Source: Octopus vulgaris
Taxonomy: Eukaryota
Reading direction: 5' to 3'
DNA length: 64,000 nt
NCBI GenBank assembly: GCA_951406725.2
Contig: OX597823.1
Coordinates: forward strand, 51,894,001 to 51,958,000
The notes beneath the pieces are model-generated. The model did not search any database, was not told the DNA's origin, and saw only the letters and a list, made by a program, of their open reading frames with translations. Each line of letters opens with the position of its first letter. The stretch's first letter is position 1. Made by a program: the position numbers and the translations under genes. Below, in pieces: positions 43,755 to 56,545 of this stretch.

Positions 43755-44598
43755 CGTTGCCAGACTATGTATTGTAGGGAAGAATGAAGCTTCTAACTAA
43801 GAGTTCACCACAAGAGAGTTACCTTGTGCATCTCCTGCCAGTTAATGTGACAGAGTGATTAACGCACTTGGTGATACCGGGACCTGAATTCAAGTTATTT
43901 TGTTTGTTGTACAAGCCCATAACTCTGATCTCTCAATCTCTGGAAAAAAAAAACACAAGTGATTTGTAATTATTCTTTTGTTTACTTAAGAGAACAATAG
44001 GAGGTCTACACATCATTTCTGTTTTTAGGGATATCTTTCAAATAAATAAACTATAAATTTATCTATATCATAAGTGTTTCAGGTATTCAGATTTATGTTA
44101 TTGTGTGTGTGTGTATAAGAAAATGCAAAAGTGATGACCTTTACATATTAATTTGTTTGTACATCATAAATTTACAGTTGTTTATGATATCCATTTTAGG
44201 TGCACTCATAGCTTTGTTTGCTCAGTTGATTAATTGATTGAAAATGATGGACGACTTAAACAAATACTATCCTTCTCAGATCCTGTGAGACAAGTGGCAA
44301 AGAATACAAAAACAAAAGATTGCCTCTTGCTGCACGGGGTCTGTATATAAAAGTCATTGCTAAGGCTGTTTATTTTTTCAATCTATCAACTGATTGATTG
44401 GTGATGAACTTCAACTTCAGATTTTGCTTTAGAATTTATCTGGAGTTCTATACCAATCTGAAAACATTATGTTAGCCTGGTGTATTCGTATTAGCAGAGA
44501 GTTTAAGAAGTATTTTGTCTGGATTGATAATCCCTTATTAATAACTGGCACCCCAGCATGGCCGCAGTCAAAAATGACTGAAACCAGTAAAAGACAAA

Positions 44599-44664
<66 letters not shown>

Positions 44665-45361
44665 TCATCTAAGAATCTGTAAGTAAAAAAAAAATATGCA
44701 GTCATATATTTCTCAATAGACTAGGTATATTCATGAAAGTATACAGTACTGTAGACCCATTTTAACTAATCTTAGCAATTGTTTTGAACTAGGTATTAGA
44801 TAAAATGATATTAGATAAGAGTGAAATAAAATAACACCATGCATGTTCTCTTTTGAGATGGCAAGTATGGAAACAATATGTATATTTTCCAAAGAAGAGC
44901 ACATAGTGTTACTTAACTGCTCTGTTATCTAATATCCAGTTGTATAATATCCAGTGTAAAACTGATTACTGGGATCAGCTAAAGTGGATCTACAATATAG
45001 AATGCTTTGATAAATATATATATATATATTGCAATAATCAAGTAAGGTGAAAAATATGGAAATGTAAAGTTAAAGCTCCTTTGAAAGGAAAAAAAATAAA
45101 AGGTGGTATCAAAAAGTTCCAAAGCTGGATGGGTGCAGCTCACATCCTTTAGATTAAACATTAATTGAAGGAAAGAGCCAAGATTTCCTATATTTACTTT
45201 GATGTATAATTGATGTTAACAAACTGTCATCTTGACAAGAAAAGTTGTTGATAGCTGTCTGATACATACATAAATACATACCTACCTACCTACATACATA
45301 CATACATACATACATACATACATACATACATACACACACATACATACATATATATATATAT

Positions 45362-45567
45362 AAAAATTGTGAAGCATGACTGTCACCACTACTATATGAA
45401 CCTGAAGATTGCAGAATTTAATGCATGAAAGTACTAGTTCAATCAGAATGAACATTTAACATTCTACTATTTTATTTTATTCTATTATTTTATCTTATAT
45501 TATATCATTATAAGATTTTAAATAAAACGTGAAAATCAGACAAGGTTGGAATTCCTTTTATTAATAT
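45362..45567 (+). mobile_element. Solo pLTR fragment of the PLE at 56.5-61.4 kb, with HHR at 45397-45441
   Basis: Near-identical to 61162-61378; TGAAC-CTGAAGA-TTGCA..TGCAT-GAAA-GTAC-TA-GTTCA; embedded in (TA)n. Confidence 0.9.
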
Positions 45568-45584
45568 ATATATATATATATACA

Positions 45585-46031
45585 TTCATGAATTTGTGTT
45601 GCAAGATTCCTGATGTGAAACCATGTGTTGAGACAGATATTGGTGTAGTTCGGGATGGTAATTTTTTTTTATTTTTGCCAAATAAACACATGCACTATAT
45701 ATTCACTCTTCACTCATTTATCACTGTTCTTATTTTAACACATGTCTATTATCCAGGAAATCTTTTGTCACACATCTGTGACCTCTTCAGCAACACATTC
45801 TGTCCATGTGTGTACACCTGTTCCACTTAATCTATTCTCAAAGGATTAAGCAGAGCAGAAGCACACACAAGGACAGAAAGTGTCACTTAAGAGATCACAG
45901 ATGTGTGACAAAAGATTTCCAGATAATGGACATGTGTTAAAATAAGAACAGTAATAAATGAATGAAGAACAAATATACAGTCTGTGTATTTATTTGGGCA
46001 GAAAAAAAATGACCATCCCAAAATATGACAA

Positions 46032-46035
<4 letters not shown>
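45585..46035. mobile_element. Inverted PLE-type LTR pair (same family as 37530-39050)
   Basis: Arms at about 45640-45815 and 45860-46035 are reverse complements with HHR relics; (TA)n on both sides. Confidence 0.7.
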
Positions 46036-46070
<35 letters not shown>

Positions 46071-46076
<6 letters not shown>

Positions 46077-47885
46077 ATTCTCTAAAAGAGATATAGACAG
46101 TAACTGCTCGATAACATAAGGGACTAAAGCCATCTGAATATGGCTAGGGACAGGGCAGGGTGGTGGGGGTGTTACTGTTGCATTTAGCCCCAGGCGAACA
46201 TCGACGTCACCAGAAAGGCTCGACACCGTCACAGTGTCCTTATCCTGCAAAGGGAGGTAATTCCCCGATGAAGCGGAAACCACACACGGACCATGGTTTC
46301 AAGGTGTATTGCCTATCGTCGGCGTGTGGTAGGCTTCCGCTTCCTCGACGAACTCTCACTCTGCAGGATATTCATATATAGATTTTCAAGCAAAATACAT
46401 TTGCTGATTTCGAAAATCTGTTCGAAAGCAATAATAATTCTCTAAAAGAGATATAGACAGTAACTGCTCGATAACATAAGGGACTAAAGCCATCTGAATA
46501 TGGCTAGGGACAGGGCAGGGTGGTGGGGGTGTTACTGTTGCATTTAGCCCCAGGCGAACATCGACGTCACCAGAAAGGCTCGACACCGTCACGGTGTCCT
46601 TATCCTGCAAAGGGAGGTAATTCCCCGATGAAGCGGAAACCACACACGGACCATGGTTTCAAGGTGTATTGCCTATCGTCGGCGTGTGGTAGGCTTCCGC
46701 TTCCTCGACGAACTCTCACTCTGCAGGATATTCATATATAGATTTTCAAGCAAAATACATTTGCTGATTTCGAAAATCTGTTCGAAAGCAATAATAATTC
46801 TCTAAAAGAGATATAGACAGTAACTGCTCGATAACATAAGGGACTAAAGCCATCTGAATATGGCTAGGGACAGGGCAGGGTGGTGGGGGTGTTACTGTTG
46901 CATTTAGCCCCAGGCGAACATCGACGTCACCAGAAAGGCTCGACACCGTCACGGTGTCCTTATCCTGCAAAGGGAGGTAATTCCCCGATGAAGCGGAAAC
47001 CACACACGGACCATGGTTTCAAGGTGTATTGCCTATCGTCGGCGTGACGGTGTCGAGCCTTTCTGGTGACGTCGATGTTCGCCTGGGGCTAAATGCAACA
47101 GTAACACCCCCACCACCCTGCCCTGTCCCTAGCCATATTCAGATGGCTTTAGTCCCTTATGTTATCGAGCAGTTACTGTCTATATCTCTTTTAGAGAATT
47201 ATTATTGCTTTCGAACAGATTTTCGAAATCAGCAAATGTATTTTGCTTGAAAATCTATATATGAATATCCTGCAGAGTGAGAATTCGTCGAGGAAGCGGA
47301 GGCCTACCACACGCCGACGATAGGCAATACACCTTGAAACCATGGTCCGTTTGTGGTTTCCGCTTCATCGGGGAATTACCTCCCTTTGCAGGATAAGGAC
47401 ACCGTGACGGTGTCGAGCCTTTCTGGTGACGTCGATGTTCGCCTGGGGCTAAATGCAACAGTAACACCCCCACCACCCTGCCCTGTCCCTAGCCATATTC
47501 AGATGGCTTTAGTCCCTTATGTTATCAAGCAGTTACTGTCTATATCTCTTTTAGAGAATTATTATTGCTTTCGAACAGATTTTCGAAATCAGCAAATGTA
47601 TTTTGCTTGAAAATCTATATATGAATATCCTGCAGAGTGAGAGTTCGTCGAGGAAGCGGAAGCCTACCACACGCCGACGATAGGCAATACACCTTGAAAC
47701 CATGGTCCGTGTGTGGTTTCCGCTTCATCGGGGAATTACCTCCCTTTGCAGGATAAGGACACCGTGACGGTGTCGAGCCTTTCTGGTGACGTCGATGTTC
47801 GCCTGGGGCTAAATGCAACAGTAACACCCCCACCACCCTGCCCTGTCCCTAGCCATATTCAGATGGCTTTAGTCCCTTATGTTAT
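46071..47885. mobile_element. Retrozyme-like 360-bp tandem array, two arms in inverted (head-to-head) orientation
   Basis: Left arm 46071-47046 (about 2.7 units) and right arm 47043-47885 (about 2.3 units) join at a CGTG microhomology; units nearly identical; one type I HHR per unit; flanked by (TA)n. Confidence 0.85.
47668..47713 (+). ncRNA. Type I hammerhead ribozyme (atypical CCGACGA core); copies at 47308-47353(+), 46283-46328(-), 46643-46688(-), 47003-47046(-)
   Basis: CACACG-CCGACGA-TAGG caataca CCTT-GAAA-CCATGG-TC-CGTGTG. Helix III is a 6-nt palindrome, predicted GUC cleavage after 47707, and helix I extends via GAAGCGGAA/TTCCGCTTC. Confidence 0.85.
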
Positions 47886-47959
47886 ATATATATATATATA
47901 TATATATATACAACATCATCATCATCATCACATACATATATATATATATATATATATGA

Positions 47960-48180
47960 AGTAATGGTTGTTGCCACTTCAGAATGGTTGTTCCATACAA
48001 ACTAACCACCAAGGATAGGAAAGAATAGCCCAAAACTGACCGGTCTGGTGGTCCTGTCAAGTAGCTAGATGGTAGGGCTTCACTTATAGTATATATAATA
48101 TATGACAGGTGCAGATTGCATTGATAACCAGCTAGAGGAGGCATCCTCTTGGGGTTAAAAAGTTAGTAATAACATTGGTT
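47960..48180 (+). mobile_element. Decayed relative of the 360-bp retrozyme
   Basis: ACCA-CCAAGGA-TAGG...CCC-AAAA-CTGACCGG-TC-TGGT (HHR with CpG-type decay), followed about 80 nt later by the shared motif TAACC AGCT AGAGG..CCTCT TGG GGTTA. Confidence 0.55.
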
Positions 48181-48272
48181 TGTATGGAACAGCCATGATG
48201 AAGTGAAGATAAACATCACTTTTTAGTATAGTTACTACTTTAATCTCTTATAGAGATTTTCTAACTACTTTG

Positions 48273-48318
<46 letters not shown>

Positions 48319-48332
48319 TAATACATATATAT

Positions 48333-48389
<57 letters not shown>

Positions 48390-48394
48390 CATAT

Positions 48395-48690
48395 ATATAT
48401 TAGAAGAAATGAGGTACTCAGAAATCTGGATGGTTTTATATTTACAGATATTTATTAGTATGTTACATGTTTTTTATACATCATATATCATATATTAGTG
48501 CTTTTGTCCACTATAGCGGAGTTGTCAAATTGAACTTTTGCAGGAAAAAAGTTCAATTTGACAACTCCACTAGAGTGGACGAAAGCGTTAATATATAATA
48601 TATGATTTATAAAAACATGTAACATGCTAATAAATATCTGTAAATATAAAACTATCCATATTTCTGAGTACCCCATTTCTTCTAATATAT
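48395..48690. mobile_element. Palindromic HHR-bearing insert in (TA)n
   Basis: Arms mirror around about 48543; right arm has TTGACAA-CTCCAC taga GTGGAC-GAAA-GCGT-TA at 48558-48590. Confidence 0.7.
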
Positions 48691-49364
48691 AATGCCTGTA
48701 CATCATCTCCAAACCTTCTAAAATATATATATGTATGTATGCATGTAAGTATATGTATATAGTTTTTCAATTTTTATCTCTTGAATAAATATTTAATCAT
48801 GTAGGAGGTTTTCTTTCTAACACCATTTCTTAGTGAACCATTTCTTATGAAATCCTGTAATAATTGAAATTCTCGGCCAAAAAAAAAGGGAAAAAAATTG
48901 CTTTCCCATTTTTTACTCACCACTCAATACTATATTGCTGTATATTTAATAAGTTGCTTACAATTTTTTTCTTTTTGATGATTTACAAAATGTTACTGAA
49001 ATGTGAATAAAATGCATGACAATAGAAACATTAACAATGGTGTTCGGCACAATTTGTCTACCAGTTTCATTCACAAGGTGTTGGGGGTCAACTCAAGGCT
49101 ATAGTAAATAAAAATTGTTCAATATGTCATGCCATGGGACTGAACCTAAAACCACATGTTTACAAAACAAAGTTCTTATCTACACAGCCATATGCACCTA
49201 TGAAAAAAAAAAGAAAAAGAAAAAAGGAAGATACTTGCTTAAGCATGGCATCTTGGAAAAGTGTCTTCTACTATAGCCCTGTGTGGACTAATGGCTTGTG
49301 AGTGAATCTGGTTGTGGAAGGCCAGTGAATATGTGTGTATGTGTTTTAGTAAGTGTGTATGCGT

Positions 49365-49763
49365 AGGAGTGGCTGTGTGGTAAGTAGCTTGTTTACGAAC
49401 CACATGGTTCCGGGTTCATTCCCACTGCATGGCACCTTGGGCAGGTGTCTTCTACTATAGCCTTGGGTCGATCAAAGCCTTGAGATTTGGTAGACGGAAA
49501 CTGAAAGAAGCCCGTCGTATATCTCTCTCTATATATATATGTGAGTGTGTGTGTGTGTGTGTGTGTGTTTGTCCCCCCCCCCCCCCCCCCAACATCGCTT
49601 GACAACTGATGCTGGTGTGTTTACGTCACCGTAACTTAGTGGTTGGGAAAAAGCGACTAGTAGAATAAGTACTAGGCTTACAAAGAATAAGTCCTGGGGA
49701 CGATTTGCTCGACTAAAGGCGGTGCTCCAGCATGGCCACAGTCAAATGACTGAAACAAGGAAA
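49365..49763 (+). mobile_element. SINE family A
   Basis: Close match to 27754-28142. Confidence 0.85.
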
Positions 49764-50731
49764 ATAGTGTGTGCATGTGTGTGTGTCTGTTTGTGTTTGT
49801 CTCCAAGATGAGCTGATAACTAGTATTGATTTATTTCTGCATGACTTAGCAGTTTGACAAAATTGATTGATAGAATAAGTACCAGGCTTTAAAAAAATAA
49901 GTATTGGGATTGATTTGTTTGACTAGACCCTACAAAACAATGTCCCGGCATGGCCACTGAAACAGGTAAATGATGAAAAATGATTTGAAACAAATCAAAA
50001 GTCAGCTTTGATTTTTCCAAATATGACCATCCCACTTTTTATTTATTTATTTATTTATTTATTCATTGTTCTACCATTTTCATAATAGTGTATCTAGAAT
50101 CTCATATCCAATGTATTCTTCTTTTAGAAGGCTATATGATGTAATTCAAGGAAAATTTGACTGAAGTTTCTAGCAGATTGAGCGACCATTCAGAAGCTCA
50201 ATGTTAATCTCATCATATCTCATATTTAGTTTCTGTTTGTAGCATATCAATGTGACTTATCAACTGGGTTATCTTTATTAATTTAGTCAATGCTTTAGTT
50301 GCGCCATCTCGCTATAGTTTAGATACATCAGATTGTTGTTAGTTGCCACAACAACTTTTGGTTCCTCATAAAATTCCACTAACATGTTTTATTCTCCATC
50401 CTGTGTCCCCTCTGGACAAATTCCACTTTGGTCAGCAGCTATTATAAGCTTTTGAAATGTGCCCACTCATTGAACAAAGCATGAGAAGAATTTATAGTGA
50501 AGTATACATTCCTTACTAGTAGCACTGGTGACTATTACTATAACTACTGTAATCTGCTACATACCACACATGCATGCACAGATATACAAATTCACAAAGG
50601 CAATCATAAATACAAACATACATTTATGCATTAAAGTATATAAACATGTACAAATACACATAATACACATGCACATATAAACACATAATTACACATATTT
50701 CTGTGTGTGTATGTATATGTATATATGTATA

Positions 50732-50762
<31 letters not shown>

Positions 50763-50797
50763 GCATATGTATATATATATATATGCATATATATATA

Positions 50798-50841
<44 letters not shown>

Positions 50842-51762
50842 TATATATATATGTACATGTATGCATATATAGACATACATATGTACATGTTTGCATATAT
50901 ACATATATATGCACACATACATATACATATGTATATACACATATATGTATTTATATATATATATATATATATATATGTATTTATATATATGTATGTGTGT
51001 GTATATATACGTATATGGATTTATATATATATATATATATGTATATGTATATATGCATATGTATGTGCACATGTACCTGTATATACATATGCATATGCAT
51101 GTATATATGTGTGTGTGTATATATATATGCATGAATGTATACATATATATATATATACATGCACTTATATATACATATATATACACATATTTATATATAT
51201 ATATGTATATATATATGTACACATATATACACATAAACACATGCACACATATACACATGTACACTGTCATCATTGAAATATAGCCTACTAACATTTGCTG
51301 AGCCACTAAAATATTATGTGACGTTTTTCTGACAGTCACTAAACTAGCTAGAGACAACAAGAATATATTACTTAAGCTGCCAACTCATACAATAATAAAC
51401 ACACACACAATCACACACACATGCACAGGCATGCACACATGTGTATATATATATGTATGTATGTATATAAGTAACTGCTTATGTCTGTTTATGTGCACAG
51501 ATGTGTGTGTTTTTGTATAAATACTTGTACATATTTATTTTACTGAGTGTGTTTGCATATTCTCTGAGAAGACTGAGCTTACAACTCAATGATTTGGAAA
51601 CTGGTGCTCACACCTTAAAAGACAGATGCACTGACTGGCATGTAAGAAAAGAAATATAGACATATATATTCACATATATATATTTATATGTAAATGCATA
51701 TATCTATATATGTATATATATATGTATGTATATATATATATATAAATATATATACGTATATA

Positions 51763-51892
<130 letters not shown>

Positions 51893-52087
51893 GAAATTTA
51901 ATATGAGATTTATTATAGATCACTACAACTGATAATGGAATAAAGCCATCTTCTCGTATCAAAATCCTTTTGAATAATCGCAACGGATATTCATGGATTT
52001 CCACATGAATATCCAGGAAACGGAGAAGTCTTACTATATGATAACATCTGGTAGCCAATGGCTGAAGAAGATTTGAAAAACATGCTG

Positions 52088-52890
52088 TAAAGTTACTACC
52101 CAGATAATATTAAATATATGCATATATATATATATATATATATACTGGAGTAAACAGATAAATGTGAAACAAGGTGGAAAAAAAGTACTCAAATACCAGT
52201 GGTAGAGTAATATGCCTTATTTAAAGCAGCAGAAAATTCAACAAGACCTGTTACTCTGAGTTTCCCGTTGCCATTCATCGGACAGTTTTTTTGCTAGCAA
52301 AAACTGTCCGATGAACGGCAACGGGTTACTCAGAGTAACAGGTTTTGTTGAATTTTCTGCTTCTTTAAATAAAGTATATATATATATATATAAATATATA
52401 CGTAAATATACATATGTATATATATATATATATACGTAAATATACATATGTGTATATATATACGTAAATATACATATGTATATATATATATATGTATATA
52501 TTATGTATATTTACGTATATATATATATACATATGTATATTTACGTATATATATATATATATACATATGTATATTTACGTATATATTTATATATATATAT
52601 ATATACTTTATTTAAAGAAGCAGAAAATTCAACAAAACCTGTTACTCTGAGTAACCCGTTGCCATTCATCGGACAGTTTTTGCTAGCAAAAAAACTGTCC
52701 GATGAATGGCAACGGGAAACTCAGAGTGACAGGTCTTGTTGAATTTTCTGCTGCTTTAAATAAAGCATATTACTCTACCACTGGTATTTGAGTACTTTTT
52801 TTCCACCTTGTTTCACATTTATCTGTTTACTCCAGTATATATATATATATATATATATGTATGCATATATTTAATATTATCTGGGTAGTA

Positions 52891-52895
<5 letters not shown>
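52088..52895. repeat. Nested palindrome with four hammerhead-like motifs
   Basis: The whole region is an inverted repeat around a TA-rich centre; each arm is itself a palindrome centred on GCTAGC; CTGT-CCGATGA-A(C/T)G gcaa CGG-GAAA-CTCAGAG-TA-ACAG. Confidence 0.85.
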
Positions 52896-52928
<33 letters not shown>

Positions 52929-53005
52929 AATATACATAAATATACATATGTGTATATATATATATATACACATTCATATATATATATATATTTATATATA
53001 TTATA

Positions 53006-53233
53006 AGGCTTCGAGCTGGCAGAATCATTAGCATGCCAGGCGAAATGCTTAGCAGTATTTCGTCTGCCATTACATTCTGAGTTCAAATTCCCCCGAGGTC
53101 AACTTTGCCCTTCATCCTTTCAGGTTCAATTAAATAAGTACCAGTTACGCACTGGAGTCGATGTAATCGACTTAATCCCTTTGTCTGTCCTTGTTTGTCC
53201 CTTCTATGTTTAGCCCCCTGAGGGCAATAAAGA
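53006..53233 (+). mobile_element. SINE family B
   Basis: GAGCTGGCAGAATCATTAGCATGCCAGGCGAAATGCTTAG...GAGTTCAAATTCC...GGGCAATAAAGAAAT. Other copies at about 27383, 32920(-), 40496 and 62100(-). Confidence 0.85.
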
Positions 53234-53304
53234 AATATATATATATGTGTATATATATATATATGCATACATACATATATATATATATATATATACGTAT
53301 TACT

Positions 53305-53645
53305 CTTTTACTCTTTTAATTGTTTCAGTTATTTGTCTGCAGCCATGCTGGAGCACCGCCTTTAGTCGAGCAACTCGACCCGGGACTTATACTTTGTAAG
53401 CCCTGTACTTATTCTATCGGTCCCTTTTGCCGAACCGCTAAGTGACGGGGACATAAACACACCCACATCAGTTGTCAAGCAATGCTAGGGGGACAAACAC
53501 AGACACACAAACACACACGCACATGCATATATATATATACATATATACGACGGACTTCTTTCAGTTTCCGTTTACCAAATCCACTCACAAAGCGTGCCAC
53601 GCAGTGGGACTGATTCCGGAACCATGTGGTTGGTAAGCAAGCTAC
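53305..53645 (-). mobile_element. SINE family A (internally deleted)
   Basis: Reverse complement of the family A tail and head. Confidence 0.75.
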
Positions 53646-53756
53646 ATAATCATCAGCATCGTCATCGTTTAACATCCATTGTCCATACTGGCACTTTTAG
53701 ATGTTGCTTTGCTGCACAGGAGATATATATGTATGTCAGTGTATGCATATATACAT

Positions 53757-53838
<82 letters not shown>

Positions 53839-53885
53839 CAATGATAAATATCAAAGTGAGTTATATACAGTAGCGGTAACACATC

Positions 53886-54106
53886 GTGACGTATTTTTGC
53901 CATTTCAATATGGCTAACCCCTAAGGGTGGGTGCTACTGTAGTTTTTAGCCCCAGGAGGACACACTCCTCCAGCTGGCCATAGACACACTTTCTGTGTCC
54001 TGTCAGTATTTGCAAAGGGAAGTCATCCTTCCTGTCTTCAACTTATGATACACACGGACTCGAGTTTCGAGGTATTGACCTCATTGAAATGGCAAAAATA
54101 CGTCAC
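53886..54106 (-). mobile_element. Diverged relative of the 360-bp retrozyme, 5'-truncated with terminal inversion
   Basis: Minus strand reads GAGG tcaata CCTC-GAAA-CTCGAG-TC-CGTGTG (HHR 3' half) and then the shared motif; 54084-54106 is the reverse complement of 53886-53908; (TA)n flanks. Confidence 0.7.
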
Positions 54107-54198
54107 TATATATACATATATATATACATATGTATATATATATATATATATACATATGTATATATATATATATATATATATACATACATATATATATT

Positions 54199-54233
<35 letters not shown>

Positions 54234-55036
54234 TTCAGAGGTGACAGTAGGTCATCAGTGACACTGGGGCTCATCACAGACATTGCATAAAACACATGCC
54301 TGCTCAAAGAATTTTGCTTTTTTTCCACTATATTTCTAGCCCTAAATGATTTGTTTTTTATATCTAACACTATGTCTTTCTCTATTTCTAATTTAAGGAT
54401 AAAATTATAGCAAACCTGCAAAATACAACTGATCTTTAGTCACAGATACACAGTAATCAAATAACAAAATATATATGCACCACATACATCAGCGATCTGA
54501 CTGTCAAATTTACTCTTGGCAAGAGATGCCAGTTAGTCTTTTACACCTACCAGGCTCGTTCGTATTGTCCCAAGTTGCTGGATAAATTTTCATTCCTTTA
54601 AGAATATTGTAGAATGGAAACTTTGCATAGATTGGAATTTAAATCCAAATCTCTATAGAAATTTATTGTTTCAAGAAAACATTGAATTTGAATCACTTTT
54701 AATTTTTATTATTATAGATAACAACTTAGGATTATAGATAACAACTTCTGAACCCATGTCAGGTGTGAGTGAATGATGTTGAGAGAACATCTGCTATGAA
54801 TAATATTTTTTGGTACAGAGGTCTTCTAAAACACTGCCAGACACAGAACGTAAATAAATGAACAGCGACCAGGCTCAATAAAAGGCACCTGAGTTATTGG
54901 CTGCAATTACGTACTTGAAGTCAATGTGTGCAGAAATTAAAGCAGCCTGCAAATACACATTCACTTTACTAAATTTATACTCGGGCTATGCCCAAACAGC
55001 CTGAGTGCCAGAGTCGCCACTGATATATATCATATA

Positions 55037-55591
55037 TTGGGTTGTCCGGAAAGTTTGTGCCGGTTTATAGTAGCTTACCTTTCGACTTATCTTAGAACAT
55101 GGTTGAGTCCATAAAATAGGATTTGACTACACCTCTATTTAGAGCACAGTTTAAGCTATCTTTTCGTGGAAGACGGTTTATGTTCCTATAACCTGTGTTA
55201 ATTCTGTAACCCTTTAAAATGGAAGATAAGAAAGTTCATTTTCGGCACTCGATGCCATGGGAACCAGACAGAAATTGCTGCAGCTCGGCTGAGATGTGTT
55301 ACCCCACCCTTCATATTCACCAGATATTGTTCCTTCAAATTTCCACTTATTCAGGTCTCTGCAGAATAGTCTTAATGGTAAAAATTTCAATTCCTTGGAT
55401 AACGTAAAAAGATGCCTTTGCCATGAAACCACCTCAATTCTGGGAAGAGGGTATTTTCAAGTTAAAGGAAAGATGGAGATGCATTGTGCAACAAAATGGT
55501 TCATATTTGGTTGATTAAAATTGTAATGGCAAGTATTTATTGACCTTTTTCTTTCCTTTAAAAATCAGCACGAACTTTCTGGACAACCCAA
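55037..55591 (+). mobile_element. Internally deleted mariner (Tc1/mariner) element
   Basis: TA-flanked TIRs TTGGGTTGTCCGGAAAGTTTGTGC / GCACGAACTTTCTGGACAACCCAA; transposase remnants MEDKKVHFRH and LPHPSYSPDIVPSNFHLFRSLQN. Confidence 0.92.
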
Positions 55592-55964
55592 TATGTGTAT
55601 ATGTATATATATATATATATATGGAGAGTGTATTTGAAATGAGATAATTCAAGAATGAAGCAGTCTGAATGATATAATTGCAGAGTATCTAAAGCACAAG
55701 TTCTGCTGTGCCAGATATATCATAAGGTTTACAGACCACAGGTGAACCCGTGCAGTTGCCATGTGGTATCCAAGAGATCAGAAATGACCTGTTGGAAGGC
55801 CTCCATGATAGGAAGACAATTTAGTCAAGCAATTTGGGTAAAGATGGGAAAGAATGGCACAGTCAAGACAGAATTGGAAGTGCATCGTGACCAGCAATGT
55901 ATAACAGCATCAAATGGTCTGGCCAGCCGATATTTTGTGATATTGTGATGTGTGTGCGTGCGCA

Positions 55965-56009
<45 letters not shown>

Positions 56010-56433
56010 ACGTGTGTGTGTGTGCACGTGTGTGTCTTTAGATAGTTGGAGTGACACTGTCATTAAAAATCTTACAATCACTCTTACTGGACTGGTATCA
56101 AATGGATGAAACATTTTGAAGCAGTATTCTATGGGAAGAAGCCTTTATTTGTTTCTAAGTAAAATACTCTTTTCCACTCATCTTCACACACACACACCCA
56201 CACACACACATGCACTTAATCTGTTAAGAGCAGCATTTATTCTTCATGAAGGGCATAATCAACCACTATATCAATGTAAAAACAAACATACATATGGTAC
56301 TTGTTTTATTGGTCACTTTTTGCCAAACTGCTAATCTGAGGACATAAATAATCTAACACTAGATATCAAGTGGTGTTGTATGCCAAACACACACCCAGAC
56401 AAACTTGTGTATGTATATATATGTATATTTATA

Positions 56434-56482
<49 letters not shown>

Positions 56483-56508
56483 ATACATATATACACACAT
56501 ACACACTC

Positions 56509-56545
<37 letters not shown>

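Noticed and set aside
46140-46260. Resemblance to a pistol ribozyme (TGGCTAGGGACA...GTTGCATTTAGCCCCAGGCG) on the HHR-antisense strand
   Set aside because: Spacing is wrong, there is no GU cleavage site or P3, and GTTGC is not conserved in the 53.9-kb homolog; the opposite strand explains the conservation.
46035-47964. Repeated 73-85 aa ORFs in the 360-bp array
   Set aside because: They use non-ATG starts, have no recognisable domain and recur only because the unit is repeated.
50624-51360. Long YI/CV/HT-rich ORFs (also at 15.5, 16.8, 28.5, 30.1 and 63 kb)
   Set aside because: Translations of (TA)n and (CA)n microsatellites.
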